Assembly (NCBI GenBank): GCA_964234715.1
Contig: OZ174286.1
Length of the DNA: 64,000 nt
Strand: one strand, 5' to 3'
DNA from: Podarcis melisellensis
Lineage: Eukaryota
Shown here: one piece after another, positions 12,176 to 24,300 of the stretch
Numbering within the stretch: position 1 is the stretch's first letter
Layout of the letters: each line of letters starts with the position of its first letter
The notes under the pieces: model-generated
The model's input: only the letters and a program-made list of their open reading frames with translations
Database searches by the model: none
Told to the model about the DNA's origin: nothing
Made by a program: the position numbers and the translations under genes

Positions 12176-15100
12176 TCTTTAGAAAAGATTTAACTTCTAT
12201 TCTATATAATTGTTGCTTCTGATTGCTTTTTACCTCATGCACTTTGAATTAACAATTTACTTTATAAAGTCCATAGTTGCACCCATTTAATTCACCTTTA
12301 ATCAAGTTTTTAAAACTGGAAATACTTTGACATGTAGGAAAGCATTTTATTGTATCTTTTAATATGACATACAATGTCAGCTGGTCTTTACAAATGTGAT
12401 CCATCCTCTTGCCCAGATCATGTTGCTCCGTGATATTTTTTTGACAGTGCATCCTTTTCTTCCCTCACCCCCACCGTATGTTGTTGATCTAAAGATTTCC
12501 TATGACTGGATATAAAACTTTCTGCAGCAATTGGGAGAGGATAGCTGAGCACCCTCTGTCTGCCAAAAGGTAGGCTGTCAGTTGCTTGAAAGGTAAACAC
12601 TACATGACCTATAAGCCAGCCAGTCAACTTGCACATTGCCTTATTAGGTAAGTAGCTGGAAATGGAGTCTGGGGACAGAATTTGCTGGATGGCAAACTGA
12701 GCATCCGCCGGGGGGGGGGGGGGAGAGAGGGAGAGAGAGAGAGAGCCCAACCTCCCAGTAGATATGGCCCAATAGACATTCACTGGACTGAAATCACTCT
12801 TCACTTGCATTTTCATTAAGTGTGGAAATTCATTTTGCAGGCACCAGAACATGGGGTTAACAGATCCATCTTAATAGCTCATAAATTAGAAATATATTGC
12901 TCTTCTTCCATTGTATCTAGAACAACAAGGTCAATACTATAAGATACTGTATAGTAATATTGCTATCAGTGTATGCATTTTTCCATTGTTGGTTTTTGTT
13001 AATTCTTGGTTGTATTGACATATTTGTAAGAAAGAAAGAAACTATTGCAAATAATACATTTCTTCATATTCGTCTTTTCCCCCTTTAGTTTGCCACAGAC
13101 TTCAGGGGAATTTCGGGGAGGAGAGCATGGAAAGCAGGCTTTTGTGTGGCTAAGGTGGACTAATGACCTGATAACGTGGTCTGATAAAGCAGATAGGATC
13201 AGGTGTAAAGCACATTGAAAGAGTTCCATTTGTGCAACAGTTCAAAACCATTGAAGTGCATCATTCAAACCCTGAGTCAGATGGTGGGTGGTGTCAATTA
13301 GTGCAATCAGTTCATTCTAACTGGATGCATTTCCTTGCATTTGTGAAGCAGTGTCCATTGGTATTAACCTAAAAAATGTGGATGACTGCCCATACAGCAG
13401 TTTTTGCCCTTGGTTTTAAGAAAAGCTAGCCCTAAAAATGGTTTGAGCATATAAAGTAGACTAGCCACAATGTTTTGTGGACTGATCGGTACAGAGTTTA
13501 GCACCATTTATTTTTTTTACAGTTTCATAATGGATCTGGAATAGTCTTTGGATAGAATATTAGGATATCAATACTCAGAAAATAAATGACACAAAACCAA
13601 AATCAGATCTGAAGCATAGAAGAGCTGTGTGTCCTTTATGCTCTGTTTATAGGCAACAACAACAACCACAAAAAGCCAGTGGATTGCTTGCGTAGTACAT
13701 AATAGCAGTGCTTGTGCACAGGATGTGGCGCTTTGGCGGGGGGAGTATCCAAGCCAACCCCATATCTTCAATTCACTCTTGTTGACTCAACTAGAGGAAA
13801 TGCATTCATTATTTTCCAGTCATACTGCCAGCGATCATGTTACATCAACACCATGGTTGGTTGTTCCATGTTGTGTAATGACCAGAGTAGTTGTAATCAG
13901 GATGTTTTCTTATCTAAAAGACCCCTCCTAAAAATGTCCAGAATGTCATAGTTGAATTACCTTTGCCAGGTGTTGTACTGTCTTTGTCTCTCCTTTTAAA
14001 AAGAACTGCAGTCTTAGAAGTGACTTAACACTCAGCAAGATATGGCTTTATTTTGGAGATGAACGATTTGGGAGTCCCTCTCTCTCACACATATATATGC
14101 AGGATGAATTTCTGCCCCTCTACCCTGGGGGGTTGTGTTTGGAACTGGATGGAGGGCAATTTGTTTTTGTTTGGCAGAGAAGAATGCTTCTTGGAAGTAA
14201 ATAAACTGCTGAAGACTGACAAGGATTTGGGGAATGAATATTGGGGTTTTTTCCATAGGAAGATGCATATGTATAAGTTAAAGTAGAGAGGCTGTGTGCT
14301 TTCAACACATCTGGCATCAACAATTTGCAATTGTTCTGTAAACGTGCTACATGTTTCTGTTCTTGGACAAATACTTTCTATTTTGATCCTCACCTATGAC
14401 CTCTTTGAAACAGTTTCTGCAGTGCAGTACAAAATTCTGCTTCTACAGGGATGTGTCCAAACTTTCCATACTCTGCAACACCGTCTTGCATCATTGTATA
14501 ACAATAGCTGTGACTGAAGGAAAGTGAAATGGATTAAACATTTTCCTCGCTAGAGGGATGATCTCATGTCAGGAAATTTTATACCCAGTTGGAAGCTCAT
14601 ATAAATAACATCCACTAAGAGAACAGAGTAACATTTGCAAATCTTCTTGGGAGGGGGAAGAGCAGCAGGAAGCTCTCTGAGATCCACCCATGTTTTATGT
14701 TTACAAGTCCGTGTATCCCCTTCACCTCCCCAGTAATTGCGTGTATCGGGATTAAAGCATGACCCACCACCACTCAGTGTGTAGTCGTTGCTGAAAAATA
14801 TGCAGCCCATTCTGAGTTGCAGCCTGGCACCAGAAATTGTATGGGGTTTGTATGGCAGTATGTCATTGCTACGTACTTAAAGGACTTGGGGCACAGGCCT
14901 ACGGCACAAATCTGGGGAGCAGACTTACAGAAGACTCAGCAGGGATGGGGCTGATCTGCACCAGCCTAGCCCCTGCTCCATACCTGCTGACACCAGGCAG
15001 GTGCATTTCACAGTATTCTTTTTTGCACCTGCTAAAAACATCTTTGTTTAGAGATATGAACCTAGATATGAACACTACTGCTGAGTGTTTTTAGTTTGTC

Positions 15101-15239
15101 ATTGATCTTATTCTTGGAATGTTTGGCTTTAATTATATTGATCTACTCTTTTTGCATGAAATGGGCAAAAAAAATACTTGCCTTACTTTCCTTTAATCGG
15201 GCTTGCTTACTTTCCCCTTCACCCACTGATGACAGATGT

Positions 15240-15683
15240 AGGAACTTAGGAAGAGCCCTGCTGAATGAGGCCAGTGACCTATCTGCTCCAGCATCCAGTT
15301 CTCACAGTAGGAAGCCCAAGAGCAGGAGCTGAGCACTACAGTTCTCTGCTCACTTGTGATTCCCAGCAACTGGTCTTCAGAGGTCTACTGCCTCTGATGG
15401 TGAAGGAAGGACATAGCTCTTGTGGCTTGTAGCCACTGACAGCTTTATCCTTTATGAACTCCTGTTCTAAAACCATCCATGCTGGTGGCAGTTGCTACTA
15501 CTTGTAGGGCAGGTTCCATAGTTTAGCTATGTGCTGTGTGATGAGGCAGCCCTGTTTAGGGAAGTTTTTAATGTTTGATGCATTACTGTATTTTAATATT
15601 TTGTTGGAAGCCGCTCTGAGTGGCTGGGGAAGCCCAGCCAGATGGGCAGGGTATAAATAAATTATTATTATTATTATAATTAC

Positions 15684-15726
<43 letters not shown>

Positions 15727-15960
15727 TATTATTTCTGTCCTGAATTGCCCAACATCCATTTTATTGTTCTAGTGTTACGATAGAAAGAGAGAGAAAACAT
15801 TTCTCTATTCACTTCCTCCACTCCATGCATAAATTTGTACTCCTCTGATCTGCTTTTTCTCTAAATGAGAAAATGCTGCAACTGTTCTTGATCAGCAAGT
15901 TTCTCCTTGATCATTTTGGTTTCCCTTGTCTTGACCATTTCCAGCTCTGCAACACCCTTT
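15240..15960 (-). mobile_element. Old CR1-like fragment interrupted by an L2 3' end (15544-15660, + strand) with a (TTA)n tail to about 15733
   Basis: The start gaagagccctgctg...ccagcatcc...ttctcacagt is shared with the copy at 58070-58430; the nested piece matches the 1822-1975 family. Confidence 0.65.
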
Positions 15961-18900
15961 GGGTGGGGACGCACATATAGCTGAAATTTCTGGGTCCCTT
16001 GCACATAGGACTCTGTCTGTTGTCTCTGCTTACTTTAGTTCTCATAGTCCCATTGCCCTTCCTCTCATCAAGTTAAGTCTGCGATATTAGTTGCATTTTC
16101 TTAGAGCCCTGTTGAAGGCTGAGAGTCCTCTTGGGAGGACAGTCTTAACGTGGATGTTTTGTGGCACATTAGATCTGTCAAACTTCATCTGCATTCATGC
16201 TCATGTGTCATTGTGTAAAGATGTTTTGTTCCTGCTGAATTTTTGACCTCACAGACCTGTGTGAGGAGAGGAACCCACACAACTGTCTGTACCACATTAA
16301 GGCTTGTGTTCCCTGGTGGAATTGGCTGCTGTTCAGAGACCTTGAGTTGACTTTCACATCCAAGGGGCTGGTTGGAACTTGTATGAATACATTTTTTAAA
16401 AAATAAAAATAATTATTCACATTTATGCTGTTTGGAAAGTCCTTGCAATATTTGGAAGCCTGCCCCCATCGTCTAAAAGCTTGGTCAGCTAACAATTAAA
16501 TACATAAAATATCTGCTAAAATCAAAGCAAAGCAAAATCAAGTGGGTTTTTAGGTGCCCTTCGAGAGGAAGGAAGTGCCACAATTTGTTTGTAGGGCCTC
16601 TGGTGTACTTTGGTCATCCAAGACTTGGTGATACCTCTAAGAAATCCTCACAAATCAGGGACCTTAGATTCTGACTTGATAATAAAACTTTATAGCCTCC
16701 AAGTGGAACTGAACAATGTAAGCTACTTAAGGAGGGCAGAAAAGCAATATGGTTTCTTGACATTTCAGTGTGTGTTCACCAAGGCTGCCCCCACCATTAC
16801 CCAGAATAGCATTTCTGCACACAGTGGCAGGAGAGGGAGAGAGAAAGAATGAGAATTGCTGCCGCTTTTTCAGTGTAGCCTTTCAGGAAGATAGGAAGCA
16901 ACCATCTAGCTCAGCATTATCTTCTCTGATGGGTAGTAGCTCTCCAGACAAGAGCATTTCCCAGCCCCCTACCCTGAGACAGAAAAATCTCTGTGTGTGA
17001 AATAAGTCCCTACTCTTGCCATTTCATTAAAAAATATGGTTGTGTGGCATAATAGACCTCAGCCACCTTTTGACGTTAGACGAAATATCAATAACTTCCA
17101 AGAGATCTTTTAGTTGCATGAGATAATCACTAGATGGCTGTATGCTGGAATATCCCTGTGTTGTGCTTCTTTGCAAAAAATCGCAGGAAAATCTTCATTT
17201 CAGCTACTTAATCCTGACACTTGAGAAGGGAGTGGATTTGAGTCTTAAGCACATGATGAGCTAGGAAGCTTAAAATGATCTCTTTGCCCCCTTCCCTTTA
17301 ATATCCCTCTTGTGTATTTCACTCTCAGCAAATCACTCTAAAGAATAGTACCTTATGTTGATATCAGCGCTGGGCAAAGGCCAGCCATTGCAGAATCTTC
17401 CTGTGACCATTCAGTGGGACATATTGCCGGAGATGAGATTATTGGGCAGTAACATGCTTAATTCACATGTGATTTTAATGCCTCTCTTGAGCTATTGGGA
17501 CACATCAAAATACAGTTAGACTTGTATTATAAATACATGCCTTTCCTAGGGCTGCCAGCTTTAAAACAACAAATTCACAGGAAGCTGCACTGACCAGCAA
17601 CAGTTTTCCAGGGTTGCAAATTCCTCTCTTTGACAAAGCCTACCTGGATCTGCCAGGGATGGAACACAGGACCTTTTGCATGCAAAATCAGGTGTTCCTG
17701 TTTTTTGTCAAATAAGGTTAGCATCGGAGCAACCTTTAAGGGGATAGAAGGCTTTTGGAATGTTGTTATCTATGGATATCCACTGTATTTTTTGACCATG
17801 TGAACTGTGGAAATATAGGTCAGAGGGACAAGTTCACAAATTCCATATATGCAGCATTTTTTAAAAAATACCCATGGTTAAAACATTCAGCTCCAAACCA
17901 CTATTTAAACTTCCCATGTTCAAAGTCCGTTTGGAAGCTAGATGTGAAAAGCTATTCACAGTGGAAGTGCTATCAATGCATTCCTGCCACCATTTTCCCT
18001 TTTGAACAGTTGTGCCTAGTCCCTTTAGAACTCTTGAATTTAAGGAGTATTCTGGAGGTTTTGAGAGATCATCTCCTGAACTACCAAACTGGAGTGAGGG
18101 TGTTTGGGGTGCATACGGAATGCATATTTGGGCAAAGGGCATCAGTTACTTTTCATGAGTCTGTGAAGACTAGAATAAGAACTTACTCCTTTAAATGAGA
18201 CACCTGGATAATCTACTCTCCCCTCACTGGAAAAACCATGCTTCCATCCCTTTTGGTTGGTTTGGTTAAAAAAAAAGAAAGGTTTTAACCCTACTTAACA
18301 TTGAAGTCTCTTCATTTGAAAGGAGTTCATCGAATTAAAAATGAATCCTGCTGTTAGGTGAATTGTGTCCTACCAATTTTTACAACCATACTTTTAACAC
18401 CTTGCGTCTTTAAATTTTGAAGTTCTTCTGAGACTGATGTCTGTTCCCAAGAACTTAGTTACTCATCTTTCCTCCCCCTCAACTGTGAACCAAACACCGT
18501 TTTGCTCATATGCTGTTCAGAATTCTCAGCAGTTTCAATATTTTGCTATTAGTCTGCCAATAGTAGGACAAGTGTTTAGCATAATGGATATGATTACCAG
18601 CATCGATCCTTCTGTAGAAACCAAACTGCTTGGCTGTCTCTGCTTTCTGTTTAAACTATCACTGCAGTATATTCTGATTACAGGTATCATATTTGCCTTT
18701 CCTTTATGGCAAATGAGGATTTATTTATTTTTCATTTCTATTCCCTAGTCAAAATAAAGGCGAGCTATTTAATTGCTAGAATATAAATAGTCATTCAGCT
18801 AACGGTTTCAAGTGGTAATATTATGAATCTCCCGGTCACCATTGTCCAATCTGTTTTAGCATTCATGTGCCTAATTTCTGTTTGTAATCTGATTACTGCC

Positions 18901-19098
18901 TTGAGCTGCTCCACTTTGCAGCCTATTGCTATGCATTTACTGTACTCCCTGGGACGCGATAGCCTGACAGCTCCAGTCCTGAGCTATGAAAAAATCTCTA
19001 CACAATATTGCTAAGACGGGCCTAGGGCTGTGGCTGACTGAGAATTAGCTGCTATTGTAGTTTTCTCCTTTTGCCTGGTCCCTTTGTTTTCTGCAACC

Positions 19099-19159
19099 AT
19101 GTTTCGAAATCCTTGGATATCCAGCTATTTGCGAAATGTCAGCTACTCCGAAGACCAAG
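19099..19159 (+). CDS. SVIL: Putative alternative first coding exon A (MFRNPWISSYLRNVSYSEDQ, phase 1)
   Basis: gcaaccATG has A at -3 and is the first ATG after an in-frame TGA at 19039. Donor AAG|GTAAGA at 19160. In frame with exons B-C-D and the canonical Met. Confidence 0.65.
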
Positions 19160-20989
19160 GTAAGAGTGCCAAGTCCATCGGAAATAATGCAACTGAATGT
19201 AATTTATTGTAATCTAAATTCAAACAGTTTTCTTTGAGCTTTTTTCCCTTCCCCTCCCTCCCGCCATGAAAAAAATATTTACCACTTTGGTAATCAGCAT
19301 TTAGTTTGGCATCTAGTCTTATTGTTTTCCCAAAGGACGCTCTTTTAAAAAATCCGATTAGATGAATCTTCTAATTAGCTTAGCTAGCAGTTGAATTAAG
19401 GCCTTGTAGATATACTGAGTAACCATTAATGGTAATATCTTTTGAGCATTTTTTTAAAAAGGTGATGTCTGCATTGTGCATATGTTAAGAAGAGGCTTGC
19501 TTGTTTGATTTTTTAAAATTGTTTTGATCGGTAGTGCAGTGATCAGTTTAAACTTTGAAGCAATAAATCATTTTATTGCCTTCAGAAAATAAACAAATAA
19601 AACAGTGCATGCATATATTAATTGCTTTCCAGTGAAGAGTTTTATTAATACAATTGCCATAATCCTGTGACCGCCCAGGGAACAAAGTATTGATACGTTT
19701 GCAGTGACTCCTTAGTATTCTGGAGAGAATAGTGGACATGATTGTCAGACTAACCACCAAAATATCAGCCAACCCTCTTGAGAGAGCCTAGAAAACAGAA
19801 ATGCTTTGACGTCTGTTAAACATCTTTATGTAATTTAAGGGCTGAATGCATGCTATTTGAGCAATAGGTTTCTTTCCCCCCACCCCTTGAAACTTTTAAC
19901 ACATAATGTCAAAAACATGTACCGTCCACTAAGTGAAACTTCATTTACGGAACTTTTTGAGGCAAGGTATCGTAGCATTTTGCAATTTGCTGTAGATTGA
20001 AAAGGTACCCTCCCCGCCCCCATCACATTCACACAAACAGTGTACCAATATTTTAAGCTGCTCTGTGCATTGCAGTTATTCAAAATGTGGGTTTGGTGCT
20101 TCATGGTTAATGGAGAGTCAAATCATAATATCACGCAGGCTTTTTCTTCTTTGGCTAGCTTCCCTTCTTCCTCCACATCCCTTAAGTTGAAAGCTTCTCC
20201 TGTTTTGGCTGGGAATGGAGAGGAATTTTCTCTGTGGCCTTCTGGAGGCTTTCATGGTTGAGAGAGGTATCCATGCCAAAAGCTGTGTTGGGTTATACAC
20301 CATTTAGAATTGCTATAAATTTTTACGCATGCCTGGCTTTAATTTAACCAAACTCATATACTGTTAGAGAATTATTAACAGCTGCTCTTTCCAATAATAC
20401 AAATCTATTATTCGTAAAGGTCGTTCTTTTTCATTAAGACGCAGAGTTTCAAACAGGGTAATAATGGTAAATCCCTGCTAATGCTTGCCTTGACTATGGT
20501 GTGTCTTTCTTTGTTTTCGAGTTGCTTTTTAGGGCAAGCTTTATCCCTATTGTTACTTTGGGGAACAAAATAAACTGGATATCATCATAGGACAAAGCAG
20601 ATGCCAAGTTGGAAAACGATGTTTGCTGACAAGACTTCAGAAACACTAAATTGTTACTGTCTATTCCAGTTAGCTTAAAACAATATTTTATTGACTACTT
20701 AATTTTTTCCAAACTTTCTACCCTTCTCTTTCAAAAGCCAAGTCATTTCAGTGTGGAGGAGGGAGAGAAGATGGGAGAGCATACTGTTACTTAGCTTTAT
20801 TTAAAACTTATTCTAGACCATGTTTCCATTTGAACAAACAAATTGATTGTATCCAAGGCTGCCAATGAATGGAACATTACTTGCTCAGGCAACAGGACTT
20901 ACTCTTGCTTTCCTTGGTGTGCATCCCATACCCTTTTCTCTCCCCTGCGCAACCTCAAATTCTGTTCCAAAAACTTAGGGGATCCAAAG

Positions 20990-22030
20990 AGTTGGGGGCC
21001 GACAGGAGGAGAGGAAGGGGAAGTCCCATTGCGTGGCAAGGTCCCAAGCCCTCCCGAGATGTTGGTACAAAGACACATGAAACCAGTATTTTAGGTTAAT
21101 GGGCTAAAAAGCCCACAACTTTATTGGTTACAGAATGTGAGTGGTATTGGCTTAGGCCAGGCATAGGCAAACTTGGCCCTCCAGATGTTTTGGGACCACA
21201 ACTCCCATCATCCCTGACCACTGGTCCTGTTAGCTAGGGGTGATGGGAGTTGTAGTCCCAAAACATCTGGAGGGCCGAGTTTGCCTATGCCTGGCTTAGG
21301 CATTGGAAACGAACTGACTCTATCTGACTCCTGCCCATCTGCAGGAAGTCTCGGAAGGGTTAATCACCAATTGGGGGAGCCCTCCTGCTGCGCATCAACT
21401 AGGAACTCCCCCAGGGTCGCCGCTCAGGGTCGTGCCATAGCCCTAGCTCCCATCTGGACTTCAGACAGAGACCACACCCATTGGATTCCTTTAATGGAAT
21501 ACCCTTGAATTAGGAGGTGTAGGTGATGGCCACTACCTCCCCTCACCTCCAACCGAATACTCCAATGCCTAACCGCCTAACCTTACAAAGTTGTGACGAT
21601 TTCCTACGAGGCAGGTGAAAAACCAAATGGCTGGTGCCAATTTGCCAAGTGAAAAAAAATCCTACCAGCCCCTTCAACAGGCAACCAACAGGCGAGGTCG
21701 ATAGCAAGGTGAAGAGATAAAGAGCCTAAACTTAGGGAGGGAGGGAGAACTGAGCAAGGAGGAAGTAGAAAAGGGGCAAGTCCTCTACCATGGGCAGTTT
21801 AAATAGCCCAAGCCACGCCCCCTGACCGACCGGATTGGTCGGCCCAAGGGATGACACGGCTGAGGGCTCCCAATGGCGCAGGGGCTATACCGCCCCGAGC
21901 GCAAGGTTCGGGCTTGTGACCAGCCCACAACGTCATCTCCCCAGGAACCGGAGATGGCTTTGTGTGAGTGGAAATCTGTTGGATACAGCCCAAAGCCATT
22001 TGATTTACTTCCTGCGAGGGCCATGGATGC
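20990..22030 (-). mobile_element. LTR-like (solo LTR or DIRS/Ngaro-type terminal repeat) element; boundaries approximate
   Basis: GC/CpG-rich island in an AT-rich intron. On the minus strand, in order: CCAAT (21834-38), GC box (21812-21), TATTTAAA (21798-805), then AATAAA (21120-25). Confidence 0.55.
21158..21293. mobile_element. hAT-type MITE, 136 bp, near-perfect palindrome
   Basis: TIR caggcataggcaaact/agtttgcctatgcctg; exact 8-bp TSD gcttaggc at 21150-57 and 21294-301. Confidence 0.92.
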
Positions 22031-22942
22031 AGGCAGTAGTTGCAAAGTAGCCTCATCTAGGGTTGCCATACTTTTCTTTCCAGATTTACACTGTTTGAAA
22101 CATGGCAGCCCTGCCATTACCTTCCTTTATATCTTACTTTTCAAGAGTATCTCTGCATGGCATTGGGGAACTTAGATTCATTGATCTAATACATTCTGCA
22201 GCAGCTCCACTTGTTCCAGCTGTTCCACAAGGCATGATGGGGGAATGTTGGAGTCAATATATGAGCAGACTCCAAAGATGGTACTGTTACCAAAACCCTC
22301 TGCAATTTTCTTGCATGGGAGGAGGGGGAGTCCAGAACAGGTTCTCACCACAAATTTCCTGCATCTTACTTTTGTGCAGTGGTTCCTGCACTTCCCACTC
22401 AGGCTAATCCAATCTTTAAACAGTAGAAACAACTACTGTAATTGCACCATTATTTTGTAATGCAAATGTGAAGTATGAATGGTAAACCTGTTTTTAATGG
22501 GAACATGCCTTGTAAGTATGGATCAAACATCACCAAGATGTGTATATAGCTAAAAACCCTGTGTTTAATGGTTTCCATGTTTAATGCAGGAAGTACATGA
22601 CAGTAATGATGTGAGCAGCATGCTTACTCATTCATGGCAAGTGGCAGTTTGGTTCACCATGGTGTGGGCTACTGTGGAACTTATGCTAACTACAGTATAA
22701 TAAATTTACCCAAGGTGCCAACAGGAGAGCTACTGGCCCAGTCCTCTGTTCATAGTTCTAAGTCATAGTCAGTGTTCTGTTATTATTTTCTCTCCCCAGC
22801 ATTGTTTGCTTTCGCCATATGAACACTTAATAATTGATTTGTTTGGCTCAAAGTGCAAGGTTAGACTATTAAAGCACTGGTGTTTTTTCCCTCTCCCAAT
22901 ATACTTTCGCTGATGTGATATAATTTCCTTTCTTTTTTCCAG

Positions 22943-23009
22943 ATTTTGACAAAGAAAATTTGGTCAGGTATAAGACTCCAAGATTACTCCAAAGGAGGAG
23001 GACACTAAG
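22943..23009 (+). CDS. SVIL: Upstream exon B, 67 nt (DFDKENLVRYKTPRLLQRRRTL); coding or 5'UTR depending on the first exon used
   Basis: Strong acceptor ttcctttcttttttccag, donor AAG|GTAAAC, open frame phase 1 to 2. Confidence 0.75.
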
Positions 23010-23011
23010 GT

Positions 23012-23048
23012 AAACAAACAAACAAACAAACAAACAAACAAACAAACA
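23012..23048. repeat. (AAAC)n microsatellite fused to the exon B splice donor
   Basis: GTAAACAAACAAAC... seen directly. Confidence 0.95.
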
Positions 23049-23837
23049 AAACACTCTTAAGAGTTCTTAGGTGTAACTGACTAGTCTCTGGTGAGAACAA
23101 AGAACAACACTTGGCTTAATCTTCATCATTGTAGTATTTATATAGCAGAAAACAAAGAGTCCTTTGACACCTTGGACACTAGCAGGTATTTTGGGCTAGT
23201 TCATGCCTAGTAAACCCTGGTTTATAGTTTACTCTGGATATTGTTGAATTGCCTCTGTTTGCTCCACACTGCCTGGAGCCAGGAGGAACAAACTATCTGT
23301 GATTAGTGTTGTGTGTGAACCATCACTCATGATCAGTTTCTCTTCCATTAGCAGCAAGTCAAGAACAAACCTTGGCTTCTGCCTGTAGTTTCTTTGGAGA
23401 AAACAGAGTGCAAGTGTTGGCAAGGATATAATGTCAAGGCAAGGTTTGTGGTTTGTTGTTCCTGGCTCCAGGTCAGGCAGAGCAATTCAGCAGCAAGAAC
23501 TAGCATGCTGCTATTTCATGGTAAGCCATAAACCATGGCTTACTGGCTATGCAAACCAGCCCATAGTATTTTATGGGGCAGGTCCCACTCTGTCAGATGC
23601 TTGAAATGTTATTCTCAGCTGGCAGGGGGGGAAAACTAAGAGTGGAGCCAAAAGCTATGAAATGTAAGAGGAACAAGGAGGTCTGTGAGGTTTCTGTTCA
23701 AAGTTCAAATTGAAATGTCACAGTCCTCCTGTACTTGGTAATTCATCGTCTTGTGACACCACTGTTGACACCTCCTGTATATCTCTGTGTGTGTGTGTGC
23801 ACGCGTGCGCGTGTGGCTCACAACTGAAGGTAACATT

Positions 23838-23913
23838 TCATGCACCTAAAAGAAGGTTGCTAACCCATGAAAACATATGTCACAATAAATCTGTGCATCT
23901 TTAAGGTGCCACA
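23838..23913 (+). mobile_element. Degenerate Penelope-like 3' end fragment
   Basis: ...catgaaaacatatg...aataaatctgtgcatctttaaggtgccaca resembles reptile Penelope termini, recalled from memory. Confidence 0.45.
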
Positions 23914-23919
23914 AACAAA

Positions 23920-24300
23920 GCGGGTGGCGCTGTGGTCTAAACCACTGAGCCTCTTGGACTTGCTGATCAGAAGGTTGGCAGTTCGAATCCCCGTGACAGG
24001 GTGAGCTCCCATTGCTCTGTCCCAGCTCCTGCCAACCTAGCAGTTTGAAAGCGCACCAGTGCAAGTGGATAAATAGGTTACTGCTGCTGCAGGAAGGTAA
24101 ACGGCATTTCCATGCACTCTGGTTTCCATCAGGTTGTTCCATTGTGCCAGAAGCGGTTTAGTCATGCTGACCATGTGACCTGGAAAGCTGTCTGTGGACA
24201 AAGCTCCCTCAGCTTGAAAGTGAGATGAGTGCACAACCCCATACTCGCCTTTGACTGGACTTAACTGTCCAGGGGTCCTTTACTTTTTTTTTTACCTTTT
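23920..24300 (+). mobile_element. Sauria SINE, near full length
   Basis: Head gcgggtggcgctgtggtctaaaccactgag, B-box gttcgaatcc (23981-90), characteristic body cctgccaacctagcagtt.gaaagc, tail cctttac...ttaccttt. Confidence 0.9.

Noticed and set aside
17755-18198. 147-aa plus-strand ORF
   Set aside because: Non-ATG start, no splice signals fitting the SVIL frame and no recognisable homology.
23838-23880. Possible hammerhead ribozyme in the Penelope-like fragment
   Set aside because: The core CTGAnGA is mutated (ctaaaaga) and the stem is degraded; unlikely to be functional.
23920-24000. tRNA gene suggested by A and B boxes
   Set aside because: This is the tRNA-derived head of a Sauria SINE; no full cloverleaf.
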